From the NCBI GenBank assembly GCA_000166095.1, contig CP002278.1, forward strand, positions 1,170,001-1,202,000: DNA of 32,000 bases, read 5' to 3'. This DNA comes from Methanothermus fervidus DSM 2088. GTDB taxonomy: Archaea; Methanobacteriota; Methanobacteria; DSM-2088; Methanothermaceae. How positions within the stretch are numbered: position 1 is the stretch's first letter; the number at the start of each line of letters is the position of its first letter. The notes under the pieces are model-generated. The model had not been told where the DNA came from. It saw only the letters and a list, made by a program, of their open reading frames with translations, and did not search any database. The position numbers were made by a program, and so were the translations under genes. This document shows, one piece after another, positions 9,112-18,968 of the stretch.

Positions 9112-9729
9112 TTACAGTTTTTTAGCAATGGCAACTGCAAAATCTTGAGCAGCAGTAGGATCACTTGCAGTAATTATATTCCCTTCCACAACAACTGCAG
9201 ACTTTGTATAGTTAACACCATTTTCTTTTAATATTCTTATTAAATCATCGCTTGGATATACTGTAGCTTTTTTGTTTTTAAGTATTCCTGCCTTAGCTAA
9301 AATAGCAGGAGATGCACAAATAGCACCAATTATTTTACCTTTAGAATTAGCAATTTTAACGAATTTTATGACCATCTCCATGTTTGGGTCTTGTATTTTA
9401 CCTGTTACTCTTTGATATACTCCTGGTCCACCGACTAAAACTATAGCCTTATATTTTGAAATAAATTTATCCATGTCTTTTATATCACCAATATACACAT
9501 CATATTTCGTTCCTATATCTTTGTCAGCTGCAACAATAGTGACATTGTTACTTATCTTTTTCACTGCATCATACTCTTGACTATTAAATCCCTGAAATAG
9601 AACAATTGCAACTGCAGCAGGTCTTTTTTCCATTGTAGCTGTCTGCTTTTCTTCTAAGATTTTCTGACCTGCCAGAAACAAAATTACTATTCCTACAACT
9701 AATGCTATTAAATACCATTTTTTTGTCAT
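9112..9729 (-). CDS. Membrane-anchored DJ-1/PfpI family protein
   Basis: N-terminal TM segment WYLIALVVGIVILFLAGQ, then VAIVLFQGFNSQEY...VLVGGPG...GKIIGAICASPAILAKAGIL (nucleophile elbow). Confidence 0.85.
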   Translation of the reverse strand: MTKKWYLIALVVGIVILFLAGQKILEEKQTATMEKRPAAVAIVLFQGFNSQEYDAVKKISNNVTIVAADKDIGTKYDVYIGDIKDMDKFISKYKAIVLVGGPGVYQRVTGKIQDPNMEMVIKFVKIANSKGKIIGAICASPAILAKAGILKNKKATVYPSDDLIRILKENGVNYTKSAVVVEGNIITASDPTAAQDFAVAIAKKL

Positions 9730-9771
9730 ACAAATAATTATTTCTATTTCTAAAATAAAAAATTTAAAAGA

Positions 9772-9824
9772 ATGATGATGGCCATCACTTCTGATATTAG
9801 GATGATGAACGGTCAGGACTCTGA
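9772..9824 (+). ncRNA. C/D box small guide RNA, double guide
   Basis: ATGATGA (C, 9772-9778), TGGCCATCACTT (12-nt guide), CTGA (D', 9791-9794), 7-nt spacer, ATGATGA (C', 9802-9808), ACGGTCAGGACT (12-nt guide), CTGA (D, 9821-9824). True ends probably extend a few nt on each side. Confidence 0.88.
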
Positions 9825-10531
9825 GTAATAGAACCCAGATTTCTTAAGTCTTTCAGATTTACAATATATTTCCCATTGTAATAAGGTACATTATTGCTGA
9901 TGTTCCTTTTTAAGCAAAATTCAACATCTTTATACAAACCTAACTTTTTCAATTTTTTAGCTGACAATGAATCTTTTACAGCTTTATCTACTTCATCTTT
10001 ATTCATGCTTGCCAATAATGCAGATTTTGCATATTCACTTAACTCAACATTTTTCATATATTTTATTATCTCTCCAGCACCTAAAAAGTCTTCTAATGCA
10101 AAATTACCTTTTACACCAGCCATTACGATATCTATATGTTCGTTAGCAAGTTTCAAAGCAACATTTGCTACAGATTTAGCATTTATAAATGACCCTATTA
10201 ATGTCCTACATTTTATCTGATTTAATACTCTTGTGCCATTTGTTGTTGTTAAAATTAATATTTCACCACTTTTTTTCTGTATATCAATTGGTGAGTTACC
10301 AATATCAAATTCTCTGATTTTTTTCCCATTACGTTCTCCAGCTATCAAGCAATTCATTTTTTTGGATAATTTTAAAGCCAAATTTTTATCTGAAACAGGT
10401 AATATTTTTTTAAAATTATCCAATGCTGCTACAATTGTAGTGCTAGCCCTTAGTACGTCTACCATTATTGCCAGGTCGTTACTTTTTGATTTTTCTAAGC
10501 TCAACGTAACTTTCAAAAATACCAACCTCAT
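9797..10531 (-). CDS. comB: 2-phosphosulfolactate phosphatase, coenzyme M biosynthesis
   Basis: AIMVDVLRASTTIVAALDNF...CLIAGERNGKKIREFDIGNSPID...ILTTTNGTRVL...GAGEII signatures of ComB. Confidence 0.93.
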   Translation of the reverse strand: MRLVFLKVTLSLEKSKSNDLAIMVDVLRASTTIVAALDNFKKILPVSDKNLALKLSKKMNCLIAGERNGKKIREFDIGNSPIDIQKKSGEILILTTTNGTRVLNQIKCRTLIGSFINAKSVANVALKLANEHIDIVMAGVKGNFALEDFLGAGEIIKYMKNVELSEYAKSALLASMNKDEVDKAVKDSLSAKKLKKLGLYKDVEFCLKRNISNNVPYYNGKYIVNLKDLRNLGSITQSPDRSSS

Positions 10532-10551
10532 AAATTTTTTAGGGGATTGAA

Positions 10552-11079
10552 ATGAAGATTGTTACAACGCCCATGTGTGAAAAAATTTTAAAATTAGCAG
10601 GTATAAAAAATTATATAGTTTCAAAAAATCCTGATGAAACTGATGCAGATATTGCAGTGGTGTTGTATGAGACAAATACAAAGAAAAAGGCTATAAAATT
10701 AAAATTAAATACATTTGATCAAATTGAAAAAAGTATTTCAAAGGTTAGGGATTTGCTTGGTGGTAAAAATAAAAAAATAAAAATAAATTTTCGTTGGGCA
10801 GATGAAAATTATCGTAAGGTTCAAAGAAGGAAAAATCGAAAAATAAAAGTAAAAGTTTATTCTAACTTTTTAAAAGACATTGTCAAAGATATGGGATATA
10901 AAATTGTTAATAAGAATCCTGACTTTATTATTTACCCTGATTATATGGAAGATAAAATTAAAGAAGAGAATGTGAGTAAAGTTAAGGTTCCATCCCATGA
11001 GAATGTACCAAAAGATCCGATAGAAAGAGCTAAAGTTAGGTATAATCTTTTGGAGAAGAAATTATGTATGAAACATTGA
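10552..11079 (+). CDS. Conserved archaeal protein, probably another methanogenesis-marker-type protein
   Basis: 175-aa ORF overlapping the marker 7 gene by 16 nt; family number not assigned by me. Confidence 0.5.
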   Translation: MKIVTTPMCEKILKLAGIKNYIVSKNPDETDADIAVVLYETNTKKKAIKLKLNTFDQIEKSISKVRDLLGGKNKKIKINFRWADENYRKVQRRKNRKIKVKVYSNFLKDIVKDMGYKIVNKNPDFIIYPDYMEDKIKEENVSKVKVPSHENVPKDPIERAKVRYNLLEKKLCMKH

Positions 11080-11969
11080 TCTATAAAGGTGGAGTACATA
11101 AAAGTGAAGAAATCAAAGAATTAGTAGAAGATTTGGGAGGTTTTGTTCTACAAGAAAATGTTATTCAGATGGATTTGATTCTTACATTAGCTGTGCCTAT
11201 AAAAGATGTAAAAAAAGTTGAAGAGAAAGCTAAAGAGTTATTAGGAAAAATTAGACCGGCACCAATGGTTGGTTCAGAGATAGCTGTGGTATCACCAACG
11301 CTTGCAAGACATCATTTACCACATTCTGCATGTGATATTGCAGAATATTTGCGTAGACATGGTGCAAAAACAAATATGATAGGCTTAGCACGCGGTGCTG
11401 GAAAAACAATATCACGCATATCAGAAGATGAAAAAGCTCTTATAAATGAGCATGATTTGGCAATATTTGCAATGGGTAGTTTTAAAGAATGTATAGAGAA
11501 TAAAACACATTTATTTTCAGATATAGATGTCCCTGTGGTTGTTACTGGGGCTCCTAAAATCGAAAATCTTCCAGGCGCAGATGCATATGTATCTGGTTTT
11601 GGAAGAATACCCAGAAGGTTAAAAAGAGGTGAAAACATAAGAGCTTTAAGGAAATTAGTAAAAGTCGTTGAAAATTTATTAGATAAAAAAAGGGAAGAAA
11701 TATCATTGGATCCTCCCTTAGTTCCACCAATAGTCGTTAAAAAAGAAATTGAGTATCAAGTACCAGAAGTTAAGGAAGTATATTCACCCACTCCGGTAAC
11801 TCTACAACTTGATGGTGTTAGAGTTAAACTTGATTATGATGAATATCATGAAAAAATTGGTTATGTAGAGGTTGATAAATATATACTCCATGAAATTTCA
11901 GAAATTATACCATCAAAAATGTATAATTATACACTTGTCAAATTGTTACCAGAAAGTTCCCTGTGGTAA
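11064..11969 (+). CDS. Methanogenesis marker protein 7
   Basis: [45 protein letters not shown]...[38 protein letters not shown], as recalled for the marker 7 family. Confidence 0.75.
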   Translation: MYETLIYKGGVHKSEEIKELVEDLGGFVLQENVIQMDLILTLAVPIKDVKKVEEKAKELLGKIRPAPMVGSEIAVVSPTLARHHLPHSACDIAEYLRRHGAKTNMIGLARGAGKTISRISEDEKALINEHDLAIFAMGSFKECIENKTHLFSDIDVPVVVTGAPKIENLPGADAYVSGFGRIPRRLKRGENIRALRKLVKVVENLLDKKREEISLDPPLVPPIVVKKEIEYQVPEVKEVYSPTPVTLQLDGVRVKLDYDEYHEKIGYVEVDKYILHEISEIIPSKMYNYTLVKLLPESSLW

Positions 11970-11972
11970 ACC

Positions 11973-12758
11973 ATGAATATTAAGATAATAGGTACGGCAC
12001 ATGTTTCAGAGAGAAGTGTGGAAGACGTAAAAAATACAATAATTGAGGAAAATCCTGAGGTCGTTGCAGTTGAATTAGATTATCGTAGGTATATGCGCCT
12101 AACAAGAGATGAAAATCAAAACACTTCTATTTTAGATATAATAAAAAATGGATTAAAAACTGGTAGTTTAAGTGTTATTATTGCCGGAGTGATCTTAACA
12201 TATCTACAAAACAAAGCTGGCGAAGATATAGGTATAAAACCAGGATCTGATATGATAGCTGCAATAAAAACTGCTGAAGAAATCGGTGCCAAAGTTGTTT
12301 TGATAGATAGAGATATTGAGATAACATTGAGTAGGGCTATGAATGCAATGTCTTTGTTTGAAAAATTAAAGCTTATTTTTAATATTTTCTTATCTTCTTT
12401 TAAAATGAAGGATATTGATATTGAGGATCTCAAAAAGAAAGATGTTTTAAAGAAAATAATGAAAGAATTTAAGCGAATAGCACCTAATGCATATAAAGTA
12501 ATTGTGGATGAAAGGGATGCATATATGGCCTATAGACTATTAAATATTGATAGTGAGAAAATAGTGGCAGTAGTTGGCGCTGGACATAAAAAAGGAATTG
12601 AAGATTATCTTAAAAATCCAGAAAAAATACCTCCTATATATAAGCTGTTAAATACTAAAATTAAAGATAGAAATCCAATTAATAAGATATTCCTACTATC
12701 ACTACTGTTCATAACATTTCTTTTACTAAAAATTTTAGTGGTGAAAGGATGTATCTGA
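11973..12758 (+). CDS. TraB/GumN-family protein, short form
   Basis: IKIIGTAHVSERSVEDVKNTIIEENPEVVAVELDYRRY...VLIDRDIEITLSRA...DERDAYMAYRL...VAVVGAGHKKGIEDYL. Confidence 0.88.
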   Translation: MNIKIIGTAHVSERSVEDVKNTIIEENPEVVAVELDYRRYMRLTRDENQNTSILDIIKNGLKTGSLSVIIAGVILTYLQNKAGEDIGIKPGSDMIAAIKTAEEIGAKVVLIDRDIEITLSRAMNAMSLFEKLKLIFNIFLSSFKMKDIDIEDLKKKDVLKKIMKEFKRIAPNAYKVIVDERDAYMAYRLLNIDSEKIVAVVGAGHKKGIEDYLKNPEKIPPIYKLLNTKIKDRNPINKIFLLSLLFITFLLLKILVVKGCI

Positions 12759-12973
12759 TTTTTAGATGTGATTGTGGTAGAGCTCTTTATGTTCATGAGA
12801 GTAACAGTGTGAAGAGATGTGTATGTGGAAGACTCATAAAGGTTAAAAGTAGAAGGATACTCGGAAAAGTTAACTCATTTGAAGAAGCATCTGAAATTGT
12901 TAGAAAATTACAAGAAGAAAAATATGGTAAAGCAGTTTTAATGACTGCTGATAAATATGGGGAAAATGAATAG
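12749..12973 (+). CDS. DUF1922-like small zinc-ribbon protein
   Basis: [57 protein letters not shown]; four cysteines in two CxC pairs. Confidence 0.75.
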   Translation: MYLIFRCDCGRALYVHESNSVKRCVCGRLIKVKSRRILGKVNSFEEASEIVRKLQEEKYGKAVLMTADKYGENE

Positions 12974-14555
12974 AGATTTGATATCGTTTATAAAAAAAGG
13001 TGAGAGAAAAAATATAGAATTTAAAGAAATACTTATGCCCAATTATCATCTCATAGGTGAACGAAAGAATAAATTAGTTTCACAGATGAAGTACAGGATA
13101 GAGAAAGGAAATGGAAAAGCAACTTATTTCTTAGGAGTCAGTGACGATGGAGAATTAGTAGGATTATCTCAGTCAGATTTAAAAAATAGTTTATATGTGC
13201 TTAAAAACCTTGCAAAAGAAATTGATGCTAGTATAGATAAAGTTGAAAAATATAAGGGAAAGAATGGTAAAATAGCAAAAGTAATGATATCTAAAAAATC
13301 AAATTTTAAAAAAGAACATCTTTTAGTTGGAGTAGCAGGTCATGTAGACCATGGTAAAAGTACACTTCTTGGTACTTTAACAAGTGGCACCCTAGATGAT
13401 GGATCTGGAAAAACAAGAATTTTTTTAGATGTACAAAAACATGAGATAGAAAGAGGATTATCAGCTGATTTATCATTTGCAGTTTATGGATTTAAAGATA
13501 ATAAGCCAGTTAGAGTTAATAATCCTCTCAATAAAAAAGAAAAATCAAGAATAATTGAAGAATGTGATAGAATTGTTTCTTTTGTGGATACTGTAGGGCA
13601 TGAACCATGGCTTAGGACAACTATTAGAGGAATTGTCGGTCAAAAATTAAATTATGGCATGATAACAGTTTCAGCTGATGAAGGACCAACACATATAACT
13701 AAAGAACATTTAGGTATAATTTTGGCAATGGATTTACCTGTAATTATAGTGATAACAAAAACAGACTTAGTTGATAAAAATAAAGTTGAGGAAGTAAGAG
13801 AAAGAATTGGTGAACTACTTAAATTAGTTGGAAGAATTCCATTTCAGATTAGAAACCGTTCAGATATTTATTCTATAGTAGATAAGATGAATGAGCATAT
13901 AGTACCTATTCTTGCTGTTTCTTCAGTCACTGGAGAAGGTCTAGATTTATTAGATGAATTATTTATGAATTTAAAAATTCCTAAAAAACCTGTAGATGAC
14001 AAAAAACCATTTTTAATGTATATTGACAAAATATATACAATAAAAGGTGTGGGAACCGTTGTAAGCGGTACTGTACGTCAAGGAAAAGTCAAAAAAGGTG
14101 ATAATTTAGTTTTAGGTCCTACAATTGATGGAGAATTTAAAAAAGTAAATGTTAAATCAATAGAGATGCATCATTATCAACTAGGATGTGCAGAAACCGG
14201 ACATGTTGTAGGTATTGCACTCAGAAATATATCTTCCAATGAAATTGAAAGAGGCATGATACTTGCAGATCCTAAATATAAAGTTAGGGCAGTTAGAGAA
14301 TTTGAAGCAGAAGTTTCTGTGTTAGTACATCCAACAACTATTAAATCTGGTTATGAGAGTGTTACACACATAGAAACAATAGCAGAAACAACTAAGTTGA
14401 AACCTCTAGATAAAGAATATTTATCAGCAGGTGACAAAGGTAAAGTCCGTATGAGGTTTAAATATAGACCTTATCATGTGGAAAGAGGTCAAAAACTAGT
14501 ATTTAGAGAAGGAAGAACTAAAGGTATAGGTTCAATAACTAAAATTGTTGAGTAA
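12957..14555 (+). CDS. GTPBP1/EF-1alpha-like GTP-binding protein
   Basis: [17 protein letters not shown] (G1), [17 protein letters not shown] (G3), VITKTDLV (G4), EF-Tu-like domain 2. Confidence 0.85.
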   Translation: MGKMNRDLISFIKKGERKNIEFKEILMPNYHLIGERKNKLVSQMKYRIEKGNGKATYFLGVSDDGELVGLSQSDLKNSLYVLKNLAKEIDASIDKVEKYKGKNGKIAKVMISKKSNFKKEHLLVGVAGHVDHGKSTLLGTLTSGTLDDGSGKTRIFLDVQKHEIERGLSADLSFAVYGFKDNKPVRVNNPLNKKEKSRIIEECDRIVSFVDTVGHEPWLRTTIRGIVGQKLNYGMITVSADEGPTHITKEHLGIILAMDLPVIIVITKTDLVDKNKVEEVRERIGELLKLVGRIPFQIRNRSDIYSIVDKMNEHIVPILAVSSVTGEGLDLLDELFMNLKIPKKPVDDKKPFLMYIDKIYTIKGVGTVVSGTVRQGKVKKGDNLVLGPTIDGEFKKVNVKSIEMHHYQLGCAETGHVVGIALRNISSNEIERGMILADPKYKVRAVREFEAEVSVLVHPTTIKSGYESVTHIETIAETTKLKPLDKEYLSAGDKGKVRMRFKYRPYHVERGQKLVFREGRTKGIGSITKIVE

Positions 14556-15432
14556 TATTTCTCAAATATTTTTTTAATTCACAAACTTTACATAATTCAT
14601 TGGATGAAGGCCAAAAACATTCTTTACATTCCACAACTTTGACATCTTTTTTCTTTAGGCTTAAAAATGTTTTTTTAAATGATTTCATTATATTTTCTTT
14701 AGTTCCTGGTTCAATTTTTTCTATTTCATTTAAAAAATTCATAAGTTTAAATCTAAAAGAATATTTTGAGTATGGACATCTTTCCATTTGAACTTCAATA
14801 TCGTTTTTAACTACCCAATCAATAACCTCTTTCTCTGAAACTTCCCAAAGAGGTTTTATTCTAGGTATAAGTTTTGGATGTATTCTATCTAGCTTAGGTC
14901 CAAATTTGTAAAATCTGAAAGTATCACCTCTAACTAAACTCATTAAAAATGATTGTATTTCATCGTCAAGATTATGGCCAGTTGCAAGTTTTGATGCACC
15001 AACCTCATATGCAGTTTTATTTAACAAATATCTTCTAAAGATGCCACATGGAATGCATGGAGTATCAAAATAATCTTTAATTTCATCAACTTTAAATCCA
15101 AACTCTTCTTTAAAACTTTTTTTTATCAATTCAACTTCTAGTTTTTTCACATGTTTTCTTAAATATTTTAAAGCATTTTTCCTATAGTTTTTTATTCCTT
15201 CATCAATAAAAATTGCGTTTAATTTGAAGTTAATTTCATTTTGTAAATTTTTTAAAGCATAGAGAGTGAGTAAGCTGTCTTTTCCTCCAGATAATGCAAC
15301 AGATATTACATCGCCATTTTCAATTAATTTATAATTTTTTACAACTCTCCTGATCTTTTTCATTAATTCATTATTAAATATTTTTTCAGCCCCCTTAATA
15401 GTAAAATTTTTAAGATCTTTTATATAAGTCAA
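14539..15432 (-). CDS. TtuA/Ncs6-like tRNA 2-thiolation ATPase
   Basis: PP-loop [46 protein letters not shown]-terminal [16 protein letters not shown] zinc finger. Starts with TTG; the true start may be the ATG at 15363. Confidence 0.85.
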   Translation of the reverse strand: MTYIKDLKNFTIKGAEKIFNNELMKKIRRVVKNYKLIENGDVISVALSGGKDSLLTLYALKNLQNEINFKLNAIFIDEGIKNYRKNALKYLRKHVKKLEVELIKKSFKEEFGFKVDEIKDYFDTPCIPCGIFRRYLLNKTAYEVGASKLATGHNLDDEIQSFLMSLVRGDTFRFYKFGPKLDRIHPKLIPRIKPLWEVSEKEVIDWVVKNDIEVQMERCPYSKYSFRFKLMNFLNEIEKIEPGTKENIMKSFKKTFLSLKKKDVKVVECKECFWPSSNELCKVCELKKYLRNITQQF

Positions 15433-15436
15433 AATT

Positions 15437-15739
15437 ATGATAATTGCTGAGATTAGTGTGGTCCCGGTAGGAACAAATTCAACTAGTTTGAGTGAGTATA
15501 TAGCTGCTGCAGTATCAAAGATTAAAGAAAAAAATATTAAATATAAAGTATCATCGATGGGAACACAAGTTGAAGTTAAAGATTTGGAAGAATTATTTGA
15601 GGTTGTTAAGGCTGCTCATGAAGCAGTAATTAATAAAGGGGCTGACAGAGTATATACTACAGTGACAATAGATGATAGGAGAGATGTTGATAAAAGTTTA
15701 GAAGAGAGAGTAGATGCAGTGAAAGAAAAACTAAAGTAA
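15437..15739 (+). CDS. MTH1187-family thiamine-binding-like protein
   Basis: MIIAEISVVPVGTNSTSLSEYIAAAV..KYKVSSMGTQVEV..LFEVVKAAHEAVINKGADRVYTTVTIDDRRD. Confidence 0.85.
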   Translation: MIIAEISVVPVGTNSTSLSEYIAAAVSKIKEKNIKYKVSSMGTQVEVKDLEELFEVVKAAHEAVINKGADRVYTTVTIDDRRDVDKSLEERVDAVKEKLK

Positions 15740-15767
15740 AATCAATTTTAATTTTATTGGTGATATT

Positions 15768-16088
15768 ATGGTACAAATTTCTGATGCTATTAGGGAGATT
15801 GGTAAAGCTGAAAACGATGCAGAAAAATTAATCAACGATTCAAAGAAAAAGGCAGAGGAAATTATAAACAATGCTAAATTGGAAGTTTCAGAAATTATAG
15901 ATAAAGCTAAGATGGAAGGAGAAGAAGAAGGTAAAAGATTAATTATTGAGATGGAAAACAAGGCAAAAAGGGAAGCATTAAAAATACGCAATAAATCTAA
16001 AGAAAAAATTGAAGAAATAAAACGCCAGGCAAATAAAAAAATTGAAGATGCTGCAAACCTTATTATAGAGAGAATATTAGCGATGTGA
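15768..16088 (+). CDS. atpH: A-type ATP synthase subunit H
   Basis: 106-aa coiled-coil protein, first gene of the ATPase operon. Confidence 0.8.
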   Translation: MVQISDAIREIGKAENDAEKLINDSKKKAEEIINNAKLEVSEIIDKAKMEGEEEGKRLIIEMENKAKREALKIRNKSKEKIEEIKRQANKKIEDAANLIIERILAM

Positions 16089-18067
16089 GGATTATGTTAT
16101 TACCAGCAAGAATGAGGAAATTGTACATCATCACTCTTAAAGAATATGCAAAACCAATGATTCGTGCCTTACACGAAGAAGGGATAGTTCAAATAGAAGA
16201 TGTTTCAGAGAGAATTGAGCGTGATGTACAATGGAGAAGAATTATGAAAGCTGGTGAAGCAACTCCAGAAGCATCTAAAGTATCTTCCTTATTAATGAGA
16301 GTTTCTGGAATTCTTGATTTTTTCAAAATTGCAGAACCAAAAAGAGGAATGATGGATACATTAAAAAACATAATAAATCCACCTATACCAAAAAAAAGAG
16401 AGGTAAAAGATTTAAGTACAAGGGGAATTATTAGTAAAGCTGAAAAAGTTCTAAATGAAGTTGAATCAAAAACAAAAAACATTGAAAAAAAGTTAGATGA
16501 ATTAGATTCTGAAGAAGACGAACTTAAAGATGTTTTATCATTGTCAAAGATGTTAATAGATTTTGATGTTGACTTTTCAGAGATTAGTAGATTCAAACAT
16601 GTGTCTGTCATTGTTGGAAAATTACCTGCAGAGAATTTTGAAAGATTCAAAAAAGAAATAAAAGACATAACTGAAGAAGTTGTATTTTCTGCTACAGGAA
16701 ATGAGAAAGAAAAAATAATTTTTGTAATTGTGAATAAGAATTATCATAATGACGTGTTTAGGCTTTTAAGAAAATTAGAATTTGAAAAATTTGATATAGA
16801 AAAATTGGAAGGGAAACCAAAAGAAATTGTAAAAGAAGTTAATGAGAGGTTAAAAGAAATAAAAAAAGAGAAAAAAGAATTAATTTCAAAAATTAGAGAA
16901 ATAAAAAGAGAATGGGAAAATGATTTATTAGTTTTAAGAGAATTATTAGAGATTGAAAAAGAAAGAAATGAAATATTCAGTAATTTTGGGGAAACATCAA
17001 ATACAGTATTGATGGAAGCATGGGTACCCAAAAAGAAACTAAATAAAGCCATGAAGATAATTCAGGATGCTACAGACAATCACTGTGTTATTGAACATTC
17101 TAAGGGAAGTAAAGATGCACCAATATTACTTGATAATCCTTCTTTTGCAAAACCATTTGAACCATTGTTAAAAATATATTCTCCACCAAATTATCATGAA
17201 TATGACCCTACAATTTTCATGGCGATCATATTTCCATTTTTCTATGGGTTCTGTGCTTCTGGAGTTTTTACAGGTGCATTGGTTTTACTGACAGGGTATA
17301 TACTTTATAGAGGTTTAGGGAAAGTTAATAAAACCATGAAAGATTTTGGTATAATTTTAATAGTTTGTGGAGTATGGGCACTTGTTTGGGGATTGTTGAC
17401 AGGAGAATTTTTTGGAGACTTTCTACCAAGATTTTTACATATGGAATTACCAACTGTAATGCATAACCTTGAACCACTTAAAAATCCTCAAAATCTTCTC
17501 ATTTTAGCGCTTGGAGTAGGACTTGCTCAATTAATTTTGGGATTGGTTACAGGAGCTGTTAATAACATAAAGAGAGGTAAATGGAAGATTGCTCTTTTTG
17601 ATCAAATATCATGGCTCTTGTTAATCATAGCTGCTGGTATAGTATATCTAGGAATTAGCATGAAATTTAGTTTAGCTATGTACTCAGGAATTGGATTGTT
17701 TGTTATTGCATTAGGGCTTATAGTGTATGAAGTAGGATTGATTGGTCTCATGGAAACATTTACATTTTTAGGAAGATGGCTTTCATATTCAAGATTGACA
17801 GCTTTGTGTATTGCAGGTAGTAGTTGTGGAATGGCAGTGAATATTTTAGTTCAGATGTCACAAGGGCCAACTATATTCAACTACATAATAATGGCATTGA
17901 TATTTGTTTCAGGACATCTAGCATTTGCAATGCTTCATGCTCTAGTATCATTTATACATTCCCTTCGTTTGCACTATGTGGAATTCTTCGAACAATTTTA
18001 TGAAGGTGAAGGTAGAGAATTTATACCATTTAGTGCAAAGAGGATATTTACAAAATTAAAGAAATAA
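16085..18067 (+). CDS. atpI: A-type ATP synthase subunit I (a-like)
   Basis: 660 aa, long cytoplasmic coiled coil, then about 8 TM helices with HALVSFIHSLRLHYVEFFEQFYEGEG. Confidence 0.93.
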   Translation: MRIMLLPARMRKLYIITLKEYAKPMIRALHEEGIVQIEDVSERIERDVQWRRIMKAGEATPEASKVSSLLMRVSGILDFFKIAEPKRGMMDTLKNIINPPIPKKREVKDLSTRGIISKAEKVLNEVESKTKNIEKKLDELDSEEDELKDVLSLSKMLIDFDVDFSEISRFKHVSVIVGKLPAENFERFKKEIKDITEEVVFSATGNEKEKIIFVIVNKNYHNDVFRLLRKLEFEKFDIEKLEGKPKEIVKEVNERLKEIKKEKKELISKIREIKREWENDLLVLRELLEIEKERNEIFSNFGETSNTVLMEAWVPKKKLNKAMKIIQDATDNHCVIEHSKGSKDAPILLDNPSFAKPFEPLLKIYSPPNYHEYDPTIFMAIIFPFFYGFCASGVFTGALVLLTGYILYRGLGKVNKTMKDFGIILIVCGVWALVWGLLTGEFFGDFLPRFLHMELPTVMHNLEPLKNPQNLLILALGVGLAQLILGLVTGAVNNIKRGKWKIALFDQISWLLLIIAAGIVYLGISMKFSLAMYSGIGLFVIALGLIVYEVGLIGLMETFTFLGRWLSYSRLTALCIAGSSCGMAVNILVQMSQGPTIFNYIIMALIFVSGHLAFAMLHALVSFIHSLRLHYVEFFEQFYEGEGREFIPFSAKRIFTKLKK

Positions 18068-18083
18068 TTGGAGGTGTATATTC

Positions 18084-18329
18084 ATGCCCGCACTAACATT
18101 AGGTACTGCACTTACTGCGGTAGGTGCTGGTCTGGCAATAGGTTTTGCAGGTTTAGGAGCTGGAGTAGGACAGGGAGTAGTTGGATCATCCTCAGTTGGA
18201 GCAATAGTTGAGGATCCTGGATCATTTGGTAAAAGCCTCCTATTTACAGCTCTACCAGAAACTCACACAATCTTTGGATTCATTATTGCTATAATGTTGA
18301 TAATGTTTTCAGGAATGATGGGCGGATGA
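18084..18329 (+). CDS. atpK: A-type ATP synthase proteolipid subunit K (c)
   Basis: 81-aa single hairpin: GLAIGFAGLGAGVGQG...FTALPETHTIFGFIIAIMLIMF. Confidence 0.93.
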   Translation: MPALTLGTALTAVGAGLAIGFAGLGAGVGQGVVGSSSVGAIVEDPGSFGKSLLFTALPETHTIFGFIIAIMLIMFSGMMGG

Positions 18330-18333
18330 CACA

Positions 18334-18957
18334 ATGGCAGCTGGGGTTAAAAAAATAGTTTCAACAATATTATCAGAAGCTGAAAGCAGAGCAGAAGAGA
18401 TAATAAAAGATGCAGAGAAGAAAAAAGATAAAATAATAAAAGAAGGAAAAGAAAAAGCCAAAAAAGTAAAGGAGGAAACATTAAGAAGGCTTAAAAAAGA
18501 AGGTAAAATGAAATACAGACAGATAATTTCCAATGCCAAAATAAAAGCTAGAAGATCAGAGCTAAAAACAAGAGAAAAATTAATAGAGAAGTCATTTAAA
18601 ATTGCTGAAAATAAATTAAAAGAAATGGCATCCAAACATTCAGAAAAATATAAACAGGCTCTAATCAATTTAATAGAAAGATCAATAACAGAAATTGGCG
18701 GTGGAGAATTACAACTACATTTAAACAGCAGAGATACAGAATTTATAAAAGATCAAATAGAAGATATTAGTAATAAAGTTTCAGAAAAGATTGGCAAGAA
18801 TGTGAAACTAGAATTAGGTGAAGAAATAAACACTATTGGGGGAGTAATAGTAAGAACTAAGGATGGAAGCATAGAAGTTAATAATACATTAGAAGCCAGA
18901 TTATCAAGATTAAAGAAAGTATTACGTCCTGAAGTAGCAGATATTTTATTTAAATAG
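18334..18957 (+). CDS. atpE: A-type ATP synthase subunit E
   Basis: 207 aa, N-terminal charged helix, C-terminal GGVIVRTKDGSIEVNNTLEARLSRL. Confidence 0.92.
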   Translation: MAAGVKKIVSTILSEAESRAEEIIKDAEKKKDKIIKEGKEKAKKVKEETLRRLKKEGKMKYRQIISNAKIKARRSELKTREKLIEKSFKIAENKLKEMASKHSEKYKQALINLIERSITEIGGGELQLHLNSRDTEFIKDQIEDISNKVSEKIGKNVKLELGEEINTIGGVIVRTKDGSIEVNNTLEARLSRLKKVLRPEVADILFK

Positions 18958-18968
18958 GAGCAGATATA

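Noticed and set aside
9894-10550. Two plus-strand ORFs antisense to comB
   Set aside because: Shadow ORFs of a strongly recognisable comB; no SD or domain.
16085-18067. Repeated coiled-coil KE-rich coding stretches as candidate DNA repeats
   Set aside because: Compositional bias of coiled-coil helices in subunit I (also in subunits H and E), not true repeats.
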